64,000 nt of DNA. It comes from an uncultured Actinomycetes bacterium (GTDB lineage: Bacteria > Actinomycetota > Thermoleophilia > Gaiellales > JAICJC01). The position numbers and the translations under genes were made by a program. This document shows, in pieces, positions 37,945 to 48,298 of this stretch. Numbering within the stretch: the stretch's first letter is position 1; every line of letters starts with the position of its first letter. The stretch covers positions 10,907 to 74,906 of the forward strand of contig CAWESH010000013.1 in NCBI GenBank assembly GCA_963811675.1, in the 5' to 3' direction. Below the pieces are notes generated by a model. The model had not been told where the DNA came from and did not search any database. It worked only from the letters and a program-made list of their open reading frames with translations.

Positions 37945-38688
37945 ATGACCGAGGCAGCTTCCCAGCCCGCGGCGATCGTGACCGGCGGCGGCACCGGTAT
38001 CGGCCGGGCGATCGCACTGGCACTTCACCGCGACGGCTTTGGCGTGGTGATCGCCGGCCGCCGGCTGGAGCCGCTGGAGCAGACCCAGGCGCTGATCGGC
38101 GATGACTGCGTCGTGCACCAGGGCGACATCCGCGAGGACGACGTCCAGGACGCGCTGGTGGAGGCGTGCATGCAGCGCTTCGGGCGGATCGACGTGCTGG
38201 TGAACAACGCCGGCGGCCAGTTCGTTGCCAACGCCGAGGACATCACACCCAACGGCTGGCGGGCCGTGCGCAGACTCAATCTGGACGCGCCGTTTGCCTT
38301 GATCCAGCGGGTCGCGGTGCGCTGGATGATTCCCAACCGCACCGGCCGGGTGATCTCGATCGTGCTCTGCCCGACACGGGGGATCGCGGGCATGGCGCAC
38401 TCCTCGGCGGCCCGCGCCGGCATGGGCGCGCTCACCAACACGCTCGCGCTGGAGTGGGGCAAGCACAACGTCGGACTGGTGTGCGTCGCACCCGGCCAGA
38501 TCGACTCCAGCGGAATGGAGCAGTACGACTACGACCTGGAGGAGGTGGCCCAGCGGGTGCCGATGAAGCGGCTGGGCACGTGCGAGGAGGTGGCCGACCT
38601 GGTCGCGTTCCTGGCCTCACCCCGGGCCGCGTACATCAGTGGCACCACGATCGTGATCGACGGCGCGTACGAGGTCACCTCGGCCTGA
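37945..38688 (+). CDS. SDR oxidoreductase (peroxisomal trans-2-enoyl-CoA / 2,4-dienoyl-CoA reductase-like)
   Basis: TGGGTGIG, NNAGGQF, HSSAARAG, YISGTTIVIDG. Confidence 0.92.
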   Translation: MTEAASQPAAIVTGGGTGIGRAIALALHRDGFGVVIAGRRLEPLEQTQALIGDDCVVHQGDIREDDVQDALVEACMQRFGRIDVLVNNAGGQFVANAEDITPNGWRAVRRLNLDAPFALIQRVAVRWMIPNRTGRVISIVLCPTRGIAGMAHSSAARAGMGALTNTLALEWGKHNVGLVCVAPGQIDSSGMEQYDYDLEEVAQRVPMKRLGTCEEVADLVAFLASPRAAYISGTTIVIDGAYEVTSA

Positions 38689-38748
38689 TGTAAGGATTTC
38701 TTGATCGCTGACGCGATCAGCCGATGACGGTGGCATACTGTGCCGCAA

Positions 38749-38828
38749 GCGCGACGAAGCGCCGGGTGGTTGGAATAGTGGAGCGATGTAGCTCCGGAAG
38801 CTCAATCAGAGCCTCCGGGGCTTTTTTT
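38749..38828 (+). promoter_or_regulatory. ANTAR-like dual-hairpin leader overlapping an intrinsic terminator, upstream of amtB
   Basis: GCGC-GACGAA-GCGC (38749-38762); GGAGC-GATGTA-GCTCC (38780-38795); terminator GCTCCGGAAGCTC-AATCA-GAGCCTCCGGGGC-T7 (38791-38828); extended -10 TGgCATACT at 38731-38739. Confidence 0.75.
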
Positions 38829-38853
38829 GTTGTTCGAGGGAGAGGAGCAGGAG

Positions 38854-40232
38854 ATGAGCAATGCGGATCTGGTGATCGCGGGGAACACCATCTGGGTGGT
38901 GGTGGCAGCGGTGCTGGTGATGTTCATGCAGGCCGGCTTCGCGTTCCTGGAGGCGGGCATGACCAGGATGAAGAACGCCGCGCACGTGGCCGGCAAGAAC
39001 GTGCTGACGTTTGCACTGTGCTCGCTGGTGTACTGGGCGGTCGGGTTTGGGCTGGCGTTCGGCGACGGCAACTCGGTCATCGGAACGCACGGATTCTTTC
39101 CCAGCGTGGGGGACATGCTGGCGATCGGCGAGGCGCCGTACAGCTTCTTCACGACGATCCCGGCCAGCGCCGGATATCTGTTCGAGGTGGTGTTCGCCGG
39201 TGTCTCGGTCGCGATCGTGTGGGGCGGCATGGCTGAGCGGGCAAAGCTGTGGGTGTACTTCGTCTTCGGGGCGATCTTCACGCTGATCTACTCGGTGGTG
39301 AGCCACTGGATCTGGGACGGCAGCGGCTGGCTGTTCGGAATGGGCATGCAGGACTTCGCCGGATCGACGGTCGTGCACTACCAGGGCGCGCTGGCTGCGC
39401 TGGCGGGGGCGATCATCCTGGGACCACGGATCGGCCGCTTCGGCCCCAACGGCGAGGTGCGCCAGATCGCCGGGCACAACATGCCCTACGCGGTGTTGGG
39501 CGTGATCATCCTGTGGTTCGGCTGGTTTGGGTTCAACCCGGGCTCGACCCTGGCTGTGGAGACCGGCGACAAGCTCGGGCTACTTCGCCTACGTGGCCAC
39601 CACCACCAATCTGGCGGCGGCTGCGGGCGCCCTCGGCGGGCTGGCGGTCAGCTGGATCTTCGTCCACAAGAAGCCCGATCTGACGATGATGCTGAATGGG
39701 GTGTTGGCGGCGCTGGTGGCGATCACGGCCGCGTCGGGATTCGTCGCTCCCGTGGGCGGCGGTGATCATCGGCTTCATCGCCGGCGGGGTCGCCGTGGTC
39801 GGAATCGGCCTGGTCGAGCGGGCGCGCATCGACGATCCCATCGGTGCGGTGGCGGTGCACGGCATGGCCGGCGTGTGGGGGACACTCGCGACCGGCCTGT
39901 TCGCGGTGCCGTCGCTGGCCTCGAACCTGGCCACCGGCCAGGGTGGGCTGTTCTACACCGGCAGCTTCCACCAGCTGGGCGTCCAGGCGGTGGGTCTGCT
40001 GGCGGTGGGCGCGTTCACGTTCAGCACCTCGTTCGCCACGCTGTGGGTGATGGACAAGCTGTGGGGAATCCGGGTCGACGAGCACGCCGAGATCGAGGGG
40101 CTCGACCTGGCCGAGCACGGCGCCTGGGGCTATCCCGAGTTTGGCGATTGCCGATCAAGCCGAGGACGCCGAGCGCGGAACGGGCACCGCAGCTCACGCC
40201 GCGACCCGATCCCAGCTCCGGTGCCTGTGTGA
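38854..40232 (+). CDS. amtB: Ammonium transporter (indels near 39580 and 39750)
   Basis: VMFMQAGFAFLEAG, SHWIW, DFAGSTVVH, LWFGWFGFNPGS, NGVLAALVAITA, IDDPIGAVAVHG. Confidence 0.95.
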
Positions 40233-40245
40233 CCTCCAGACCGAT

Positions 40246-40285
40246 ATGGCGATGCCGGCGGTGACGATCACGCCGGCATCGCCAT
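40246..40285. terminator. Hairpin downstream of amtB
   Basis: ATGGCGATGCCGGCG-N10-CGCCGGCATCGCCAT. Confidence 0.65.
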
Positions 40286-40297
40286 GTGTCGGATGTG

Positions 40298-40352
40298 TTG
40301 ACATCGCTGCCGGCAGTCGCTACACTCGCGAACATCGTTCGGCATTATCGAA
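40298..40352 (+). promoter_or_regulatory. sigma70-type promoter with IclR/GylR-like operator
   Basis: TTGACA-N17-TACACT; TTCGGCATTATCGAA at 40338-40352. Confidence 0.8.
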
Positions 40353-40413
40353 TAGTGATCGACGTTGATTCACTCTGATGCCGGGGTCACCCACACTGCT
40401 GGAGGTGCTGGAG

Positions 40414-41196
40414 ATGGAAGAGAACTCACTGGCGCAGAAGTTGGGAGCGGAGGCGTTCGGTACCGCCGTGCTCGTCTTCATCGGCGCGGGCTCGGTTCCC
40501 GCGTTGTTCCTCGCCCGCGGAGGTACGGGAGGGGCGCCGTTCACCGGCGCGGAATTGTTCGGGATCGCCGCAGCCTTCGGTTTTGCGGTTATTGCAATGG
40601 TGTACGCGATCGGGAAGGTCTCCGGCTGCAACATCAACCCGGCCGTCACAGTGGCACTCGCGCTCGACAAGAAGATGCCCTGGAGCCTCGCCGGTCAGTA
40701 CATCATCGCCCAGTGTGTCGGCGCCACCATCGGCGCCCTCGCGATCTGGGGCGTGTTTGCCCACAAAGTGGCCGAAGCCGGCGTTGGGCACGTCACGTAC
40801 GGATCCGACACTGCGATCGGTTCGGCCATGCTGAACGAAGGCGTTGGGACAGCCATCCTGGTGTTTACCGTCTTCGGAGTGATCGACAAGCGCGGCGGGG
40901 CGGAGCTGCTGGCAGGACTCGTGATCGGGTTCATCGTGATCGGCATCATCATCACCGTCGGCCCGCAGACCGGTGCCGCCATCAACCCGGCCCGGTACAC
41001 CGGCACGCTGATCGTCTCGCAGCTCGCGGGTCTCAGCACCGACTGGGGACAGGCCTGGGTCTACTGGGTCGCTGACCTGCTTGGCGGGGCAGCCGGAATG
41101 GGAATCTACGAGGCGCTTTCGCGAACTCGCAAGGTGGCGGCTCGGAGCACTGCCACGGCCTCGGCCGAGGGCGCTGTCGCCGAATCACCGGCCTGA
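40414..41196 (+). CDS. glpF: MIP/aquaporin-family channel (glycerol/DHA facilitator)
   Basis: AEAFGT, two NPA motifs (NINPAVT, AINPAR); first gene of the dha operon. Confidence 0.85.
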   Translation: MEENSLAQKLGAEAFGTAVLVFIGAGSVPALFLARGGTGGAPFTGAELFGIAAAFGFAVIAMVYAIGKVSGCNINPAVTVALALDKKMPWSLAGQYIIAQCVGATIGALAIWGVFAHKVAEAGVGHVTYGSDTAIGSAMLNEGVGTAILVFTVFGVIDKRGGAELLAGLVIGFIVIGIIITVGPQTGAAINPARYTGTLIVSQLAGLSTDWGQAWVYWVADLLGGAAGMGIYEALSRTRKVAARSTATASAEGAVAESPA

Positions 41197-41239
41197 GCAC
41201 AAACGTGTCTACCATCTCTCGAGATACAAGGAGTACGCA

Positions 41240-42265
41240 ATGAGCGTGGCTACCCAGACGGTCAAGAAGTTCATCAACGATCCCGACAACGTGGTGCCCG
41301 AGGCGCTCGGCGGGTATCGCAGCCGCCCACTCGGATCTGGTACGGGTCGACTTCGAGCACAGCCTCGTGATTCGCGCCGACGCACCCGTCCAGGGCAAGG
41401 TCGGCCTGGTCTCGGGCGGCGGCTCGGGGCATGAACCGCTGCACGGGGGATTCGTCGGCGCAGGCATGCTGGACGCGGCCTGTGCCGGTGCGGTCTTCAC
41501 CTCCCCGGTGCCCGATCAGATGAGCGCTGCCAGCCGGGCGGTCGACGGCGGCGCCGGTGTTCTGCACATCGTCAAGAACTACACCGGTGACGTGCTCAAC
41601 TTCCGGATGGCGGCCGAGTTGGTCGAGGACGACGGCATCCAGGTCGAGAGCGTGGTCATGAATGACGACGTGGCGGTTGAGGACTCGCTGTACACGGCGG
41701 GGCGGCGGGGAACCGGCGCGACCGTGCTGGCCGAGAAGCTGGCCGGTGCGCGAGCCGAGGCCGGCGGGACGTTGGCGGAGGTCGCCGACGTGGCCAAGCG
41801 GGTCAACGAGCATGCCCGCTCGTTCGGGGTGGCACTGACGTCCTGCGCGACACCGGCCAGCGGCACGCCGATCTTCGACCTGGGCGCCGACGAGATCGAG
41901 GTCGGTGTGGGCATCCACGGCGAGCCCGGACGTCGCCGGGTCAAGCACACCAACGCGCACGAGATCGCCGAGATGATGATCGATCCGATCCTCGAGGATC
42001 TCAAGCCGGCCTCGGGCTCATCGGTGCTGGCGTTCGTCAACGGTCTCGGTGGCACGCCGCTGATCTGGAGCTCTACCTGCTCTTCAACGAGGTCAACCAG
42101 CGGCTTTCGGCCGACGGATTGAAGATCTCGCGCAGCCTGGTGGGCAATCACATCACCAGCCTGGAGATGGCAGGGGCCTCGATCACGCTGCTCGTGCTCG
42201 ATGACGAGCTGACCGGCCTGTGGGATGCTCCCGTCAACACCGCGGGCCTGCGGTGGGGAGTCTGA
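41240..42265 (+). CDS. dhaK: Dihydroxyacetone kinase subunit K (indels near 41310 and 42065)
   Basis: [42 protein letters not shown]. Confidence 0.95.
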
Positions 42266-42276
42266 AGGAGCGAACG

Positions 42277-42912
42277 ATGAACGCCGAGACCGTGAATCGC
42301 TGGATGAATGAGTCGGCGACTGCGATCGCCGAGCAGCGCGATTACCTCACCCAGCTCGACGCCGCCATCGGCGACGCCGATCACGGGGCGAACATGAACC
42401 GGGGGTTCACCGCCGTCCAGGCCAAGCTGGCCGAAGCGGACGGCGGCGAACCTCCGGGCAAGCGGCTGGTGACCGCCGGATCCACCTTGATTTCGACCGT
42501 GGGTGGAGCCAGCGGGCCGCTCTGGGGCACCGCTCTGCGGCGCGCCGGCAAGTCGCTCGGCGACGCCGAAACGATCGAGCCCGAAGCGCTCGCCGAGGCG
42601 CTGGAGGCGGCCGTGGACGGCGTGGTTGAACTGGGTGCGGCGCAGCCCGGCGATAAGACCATGGTGGATGCGCTTCGCCCGGCAGTTGAAGCCCTGCGCG
42701 GCTCGCTGGACGGCGGCGCCGACATCGCCACGGCGGTTGCCGCGGCCAGTGCCGCGGCCGACGAAGGTATGCGAGCGACCACGCCGATGCTGGCCCGCAA
42801 GGGCCGCGCATCGTATCTGGGCGAGCGCTCGATCGGCCACCAGGACCCGGGCGCGACCTCGGCGTCGATCATCTTCGCCGCGCTCGAGCGAGCGGTCGCA
42901 GCAGCGCCATGA
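42277..42912 (+). CDS. dhaL: Dihydroxyacetone kinase subunit L
   Basis: LDAAIGDADHG, GGASGPLWG, GDKTMVDAL, KGRASYLGERSIGHQDPGA. Confidence 0.97.
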   Translation: MNAETVNRWMNESATAIAEQRDYLTQLDAAIGDADHGANMNRGFTAVQAKLAEADGGEPPGKRLVTAGSTLISTVGGASGPLWGTALRRAGKSLGDAETIEPEALAEALEAAVDGVVELGAAQPGDKTMVDALRPAVEALRGSLDGGADIATAVAAASAAADEGMRATTPMLARKGRASYLGERSIGHQDPGATSASIIFAALERAVAAAP

Positions 42913-44610
42913 ATGAGTTCACGATCCGCGGCCATCCCGCCTCGCCGGGTGCCGCGGTCGGCAGCGCCTGGACGCAGCCACACGGTGAGGCGGTGATCGC
43001 CGGCACTCCCGAGCAGGAGAGCGCAGCGGGTCAAGTTCGGGGCTCGATCTGGTGCAGCTCGAGCTGGCCGACCTGGCCGACCAGCTGCGCTCCGACGGGT
43101 ACTCAGCCGACGCCGAGATCGTGGAGACCAACCGGATGATGGCTGCGGACTCGGCGCTGGTGACCGCAGCAGTGGCCGCGGCCGCCGAGGCGGGGCGGCT
43201 GCCGCCCAGGCGATCTCAGAGGCTGCGGAGCCGCACGTGCTGGCACTGGCCGGGCTTGAAGATCCCACGCTGGCCGCGCGCGCAGCCGATCTGCGCTCGA
43301 TTGCCCGCCGGGCCGGCGAGCTCGCGCAACGGGGGCGCTCCCGAGCCGCCTGATGGATCGATCGTGGTGGCCGACGATCTCGGCCCCGGCGATGTCGCGG
43401 CATGGGCCAAGAAGGTGATCGGGATCGTGCTTGGCAGGGAGCGCAAGCACGGCCCACGCAGCGATCGTGGCCCGCTCGCTGGGGATCCCGCTGGTCACCG
43501 GGGCCGGGGGAGGCCGTGCTGGCGATCCCCACCGGTGAGGAGATCGCCGTGGATGCCGACCGCGGCCTGGTCATCCGCCGGATCGACTCCAGCACCCGCG
43601 GGAGGCTTGCAGGTGCGGATCGAGCGGGCCGAGGCCGAGGTCGAGCGCGGCCGCAGCGAGCGGCTCGAGCCGGCGGTCACCACCGACGGCCGCGCGGTGC
43701 GGCTGCTGGCAAACGCCGGGACGCTGGTCGAGGTGGAGGCGGCGCTGGCCGCAGGCGCCGAGGGGATCGGACTGCTGCGCACCGAGCTGGCGTTTCTCGA
43801 CGCGCTCGACTGGCCCGACCGAAGCCGCTCACGTGGCGGCACTGGAGCCGCTGCTGGCGCCGCTCACCCACCTGGTGGCGACGGTGCGCACGCTCGATTT
43901 CGGCGGAGACAAGACGCCGCCGTTCCTGATCGAGTCCGGTGTTCAGAGCATGCTCGGTCCCGCGCGGGATCCGGCTGGGGCTGGCGCAACGTCGACGACG
44001 CTCTGGCGCCCCAGATGCGCGCGCTGCTTGCAGGTTTCGGGCGACACGATTCTGCGGATTCTGGTGCCGATGGTGACCGACGCGGCCGAGATCGACGCCG
44101 TTCGCGAGGTCGTGCACGCCGCTCGCGATGCGGTCGCCCCGGGTCGCTCCGGATCCGCTGGTGGGCGCGATGATCGAGGTGCCGGCGGCAGCGCTCAACG
44201 CCCACAGCGTCGCGCGCAGCTGCGACTTTCTCTCGATCGGCACCAACGACCTGGTGCAGTACACGCTGGCCGCCGATCGGCAGAATCCCGACGTCGCCGA
44301 GCGGGCGGTTGCCCACCACCCCGCGGTCGTGCGTCTGGTCGCGCGGGTGGTCACCGCGGCCCACGCGGCGGGCATCCCGGTGGATGTGTGCGGCGAGGCC
44401 GCGGGCGATCCGCAGATGCTGCCGCTGCTGGTGGGGCTGGGGGTGGACGAGTTGAGCGTGTCTCCGGCTCGGATCGCCGTCACCCGCCGGATGATCCGCG
44501 TCGCTGTCGGTGCAGCGCGCGCGGCGGGCGGCAGCCGACGCGCTTGCGTCGACGACCGCAGCCGAGGTGGCCGCGGTGTCGCTGGCGGTTCTCGGAGCAG
44601 TGCTCAGGTC
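42909..44610 (+). CDS. ptsI: PEP-protein phosphotransferase (PTS enzyme I); many indels, end approximate
   Basis: ASPGAAVG, TAHAAIVARSLGIP (shifted frame), GAEGIGLLRTEL, VRTLDFGGDK, MIEVP, SIGTNDLVQY, VCGEAAGDP. Confidence 0.9.
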
Positions 44611-44870
44611 AAGGTCTGGAGCAGGTCCGGAGACCGCGTCGAGAGCCTCTGAGGCTCCGTCGCCGCTGGTCTCGACCTCGATCGCGGAGCCGCCGGTCGC
44701 ACCCAACGCCAGAACCTGCAAGGATGCTCTTGGCATCGGCCTCGCGACCGAGCGCTGCGCAGCGTGATCGTGGCCGCGTGGGCGCCGGCGGTTCGCACCA
44801 GCGCGCCGGCCGGGCGGGCGTGCAGGTCAACGCCGTCGGGCAGGGTGACGGTGCGGGTCAGCGCCGTCAG
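44604..44870 (-). CDS. ptsH: HPr phosphocarrier (indels; coordinates approximate)
   Basis: DLHARPAG, ADAKSIL, LALGATGG...SGDGASEALDAV across frames. Confidence 0.85.
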   Translation of the reverse strand: MTALTRTVTLPDGVDLHARPAGALVRTAGAHAATITLRSARSRGRCQEHPCRFWRWVRPAAPRSRSRPAATEPQRLSTRSPDLLQTLT

Positions 44871-45273
44871 AGCTTGCGGACATTCCAGGCCTCCTCGGCA
44901 GCGGCAACGACCCCATCCAGATCGGCTCCGATCGACGCGGTCACCGCGGCGGCCACCGCACCCTCGACCAGCGGCGCGTCGACCAGACGGACATCGATGC
45001 CGTCGATCATTCCCTCGGCGAGGACAGCCTTCGCGCTCAGCACCGCGCTTCCCAGGTCGGCCAGCACGACCACGCCGGCGCCGCTGTCGGCCTGGATAAT
45101 CGCTCGTGCAACCAGGTCTGCCGTCGGTGCCGAGCGTGCCTTCGGGGCCTCCCCCGGCAGGGACGATGCTGACATCCTCTCCGGCAACCTCCTGGGCGAG
45201 CGCAGCCAGTCCCTCCGCAATCGCGGCGGAGTGCGACACCAATACAATCCCGGGCGTAGTTGCCTTCCGACAT
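44867..45273 (-). CDS. dhaM: DhaM, EIIA(Man)-like phosphotransfer subunit (indels)
   Basis: GIVLVSHS, AGGGPEGTLGT, VVVLADLGSAVLS, DAPLVEGAVAAA. Confidence 0.9.
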
Positions 45274-45280
45274 GCGAGCA

Positions 45281-45315
45281 TTCTACAATGTCGAACACAG
45301 TTCGACAAGGACGAA
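45281..45315. promoter_or_regulatory. Tandem IclR/GylR-like operators
   Basis: TTCTACAATGTCGAA (45281-45295) and TTCGACAAGGACGAA (45301-45315); -10 TACAAT embedded in the first. Confidence 0.75.
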
Positions 45316-45329
45316 GGGAAGTAGGTAGC

Positions 45330-46085
45330 GTGGCAATCCAATCGATCGAGCGGGCAGCGGCCATTCTGCGGGCGCTCGCGGGCGGCTCGAGACGGCTTGG
45401 AGTGTCGGAGCTGAGCGACCGCCTGGGCCTGGCCAAGGGCACGGTGCACGGCCTGCTGCGGGCGCTCCAGGCCGAGGGATTTGTCGAGCAGGATCCCGAC
45501 AGCGGTAAGTACCAGCTCGGCGCCTCGCTGCTACAGCTGGGCAACATCTACCTCGACGTCAACGAGCTGCGCGGTCGCGCGCTGGCGTGGGCCGACAACC
45601 TCGCCATCCGATCCGGCGAGGCGGTGCGGGTCGGCACCGCACACGGCGACGGCGTGCTGGTGATCCATCACGTGTTCAGGCCGGACAACACGCTGCAGAT
45701 TCTGGAAGTGGGCTCGCACCTGCCGCTGCACGCAACGGCGCTGGGAAAGGTGCTGCTGGCCTTCCGAGCCGACGGCGCAGAGCCGCTGCCGGATGATCTG
45801 GCACGGCTCACCCGCGAGACCGTGACAGCTCCGGACGCGCTCGACGCGGTGCTCGCCCAGGTGCGGGACAACGGGTGGGCCGCCGAACGTGAGGAGGCGG
45901 TGATCGGCGAGGCCTCGGTGGCCGCCCCGATCTTCGACCGCCGCGGCGAGATCACCGGCGCAATCGGCGTGGTCGGTGGTGTGGAGCGGATCTTCGCCGA
46001 CGGCGCTCCCCGGCCCGAGCTGGTCACCCACGTGCGCGAGGCCGGCCGGGCGATCACCCGGGATCTGGGCGGCGCTCGCTACTAG
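45330..46085 (+). CDS. IclR-family regulator (GylR-like)
   Basis: IQSIERAAAIL, LGLAKGTVHGLL HTH, PLHATALGKVLLA. Confidence 0.94.
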   Translation: MAIQSIERAAAILRALAGGSRRLGVSELSDRLGLAKGTVHGLLRALQAEGFVEQDPDSGKYQLGASLLQLGNIYLDVNELRGRALAWADNLAIRSGEAVRVGTAHGDGVLVIHHVFRPDNTLQILEVGSHLPLHATALGKVLLAFRADGAEPLPDDLARLTRETVTAPDALDAVLAQVRDNGWAAEREEAVIGEASVAAPIFDRRGEITGAIGVVGGVERIFADGAPRPELVTHVREAGRAITRDLGGARY

Positions 46086-46861
46086 CGATCGCCCCAGGTG
46101 GCCTCGACGCCGCGCACATCCCCGTCCTCGTCGACCAGCACGGTCACATCGAAAAACCCGCACCGGGCCAGCGGCTCCTCCAGAGCGTCGGCCTGGTCGC
46201 CGCCCAGCTCGAGCAGCAGCGCACCGCCACCACGGAGATACCGAGGGCTGTCGGCGATCACGCGCCGCAGGATGTCGGTGCCGTCGGGGCCGCCGTCGTA
46301 GGACAGCGCCACCTCAAACGCGAATGTGTCGCGATGCAGCAGGGCCATGTCGGGCGTCGGCACGTAGGGCACGACGGCTGTGACGACGTCCACGCACCCA
46401 TCGAATCCGGGTGGCAGTGGTGCGAACAGATCGCCGTGGTAGGCCTCGACGCTGTTTGCCCTCGCGCAGGCGACCGCGCGCTCGTCCAAGTCGGTCGCCA
46501 TCACCCGCGCGTCGGGGCGGTGGCTACTGAGGGTGCGGGCTACCGCTCCGGCACCGGTGCAGAGATCGATCGCCGTGCCGGCGGCGGGCAGGCGGGCGAC
46601 GGCCCGCAGCGCCAACGGCTCACTCTGCCGGCGGGGAACGTACACGCCCCGGTCGACCTGAATCTGGGCCCCGCAGAAGTGTGTGCTGCCGGTGATCCAG
46701 GCCAGCGGCTCTCCGGTCAGCCGGCGGCGCACCAGAGAGTCGAGCAGATCGGCGTCGTCGCCGGCGCGGGCCAGCAGCTCAGCGGCTTCGGCTGGGGCGG
46801 CGATGAACCCTGCGCCCGCCAGCAGCGCGGCCAGTTCGTCCACAGTCGGGGCGCTCGGCAC
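46082..46861 (-). CDS. HemK/PrmC-like N5-glutamine methyltransferase homolog
   Basis: RRLTGEPLAWITG, VYVPR, DLCTGAG, DGGPDG; VVPY in place of NPPY. Confidence 0.85.
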   Translation of the reverse strand: MPSAPTVDELAALLAGAGFIAAPAEAAELLARAGDDADLLDSLVRRRLTGEPLAWITGSTHFCGAQIQVDRGVYVPRRQSEPLALRAVARLPAAGTAIDLCTGAGAVARTLSSHRPDARVMATDLDERAVACARANSVEAYHGDLFAPLPPGFDGCVDVVTAVVPYVPTPDMALLHRDTFAFEVALSYDGGPDGTDILRRVIADSPRYLRGGGALLLELGGDQADALEEPLARCGFFDVTVLVDEDGDVRGVEATWGDR

Positions 46862-46935
46862 TCGCCTACTTAACCACTTCGGGGCGCCGGCGAAAGTCCG
46901 CCGGCGCCCCGCTGTTTACGGCTCGAGTTCCCGGC

Positions 46936-48121
46936 TCAGCCGTTGATTCGTGCAGTCCCTGCCGCCAGGTCTGCGCTGATCGCGAGGAAGATCGTGGTCA
47001 GCTGTGCCGGCTGGGGCTGGGCGTAGTAGTTACTGGGGCTTGCGATCTGCTGCAGCGTTGCGGCGGCCTTGATGTTCGGGACTTCCAGGTTGCCGTTGTC
47101 GTTGTAGCAGTAGTCGTTGCCGGCGCCGCCGATGTCATAGGCGATCGAGTACATCAGTACCTTGGATGCCTTGCTGGCAGCGGCGCTGTTGATGGCCTGG
47201 TGGCACGGAGTCGCGCGGTAGGGCGAGTTGGCGCTGAGGTAGCCGGGGCCGGTGTTGGCCGCGCCGTCGGAGAGGATGATGATCACCTGCTGGACGCCGG
47301 GTCGGCCGTTGGCGTTGAGCTGGGCCTGAGCCTGGTCGAGCGCCGTCGCATAGGCGGTCTCTCCGCCGGCCTGGACGCAGTTGATGGTCTTCAGCAGCGG
47401 CGAGTTGTTGTTGAGTGTGATGTTGCCGTTGGTCATCGTGCCGTACGTGTTCGAGAGCGGCACGACCACGTAGGCGGCGTTGACGCTGTTGTAGTTGGAC
47501 GACTGAGGTGTCGCGCATGCGCGTGGACGTGTTGGTGGCCGGCGGCAGCACCGCCAGGCCGACGTTGTCGAGACCTGTGTCCATGGTGCTGAGGAAGGCC
47601 TTGATGCCGTCCGTGGCCGATTGCAGCTTGGAGCCTTCCATCGATCCGGTGCGGTCGAGTACGACCATGATGTCAAGCGGCTTGGCACCACACGGCGAGC
47701 AGGCCTGGGAGTGCACCGTGATCGGGATCGTGTCGATGCCGATGACGCGCAGGAACGCGGTCGGAACGCTGGTGCTCTCGGTCACCTGGACGGTGTTCGC
47801 GGGGTCGCAGAACTTGGCCGAGGTGACGCAGTTGGCGACGCCCGTGATGGTCACGTTGCCGCCTCCGCGCACCTGGTTCTTGCCGCCGGTCTCCGAGCCG
47901 TACTGCTGCACGGTCGAGAGCGCGCTGCCGGTGTTGGGGAGCTGTCCGGCTCCCGCTGCGGCGGCCGCGTCGGCAGAGGCCTGCAGCGCGGTCTTGACCC
48001 GGTATGCGTTACCGATGTCCAGCACCATGCCGCACACAACCATCAGCAGCAGCATGAACACGACGATCAGCGGCAGCGTCTGGCCTTTGGTCTCAGTCCA
48101 ACGTGAATTACCTGCGAGCAT
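46936..48121 (-). CDS. TadG-like pilus-associated protein with VWA domain (indel near 47500)
   Basis: KGQTLPL prepilin-like motif, DIG...LQASADAAAAAGA, VLDRTGSM MIDAS, IILSDG. Confidence 0.88.
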
Positions 48122-48298
48122 CGTTTCCTCCCGGAACAAGCCTTGAGAATTGAGGCCGATGGAGGGAACGGATCCCCGGCCGGCACAGTTCGAGTGTCCG
48201 AGTTGTGGCCGCGGGTGAAACTCCCCCGCAAGGGGGATTCAGAAAGGGTTCGCGCGGTCGACGGCCGTGGCCGGGCGGGCTGTTGGTAACCTGAGCTG

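Noticed and set aside
38688..38706. GlnR/TnrA box upstream of amtB (TGTAAGGATTTCTTGAT)
   Set aside because: Only the left half-site fits TGTNA-N7-TNACA; too weak to call.
48117..48145. sigma28-like promoter TCAA-N16-AACGATGC at tadG
   Set aside because: The -10 overlaps the SD-supported ATG, so the transcript would lose the prepilin-like N-terminus; probably coincidental.
48215..48250. GEMM-like riboswitch (AAAC-stem-GCAA-stem-AGAAAG)
   Set aside because: The conserved GGCAAA and GACGCAAAG residues and P3 are missing; treated as a simple inverted repeat.
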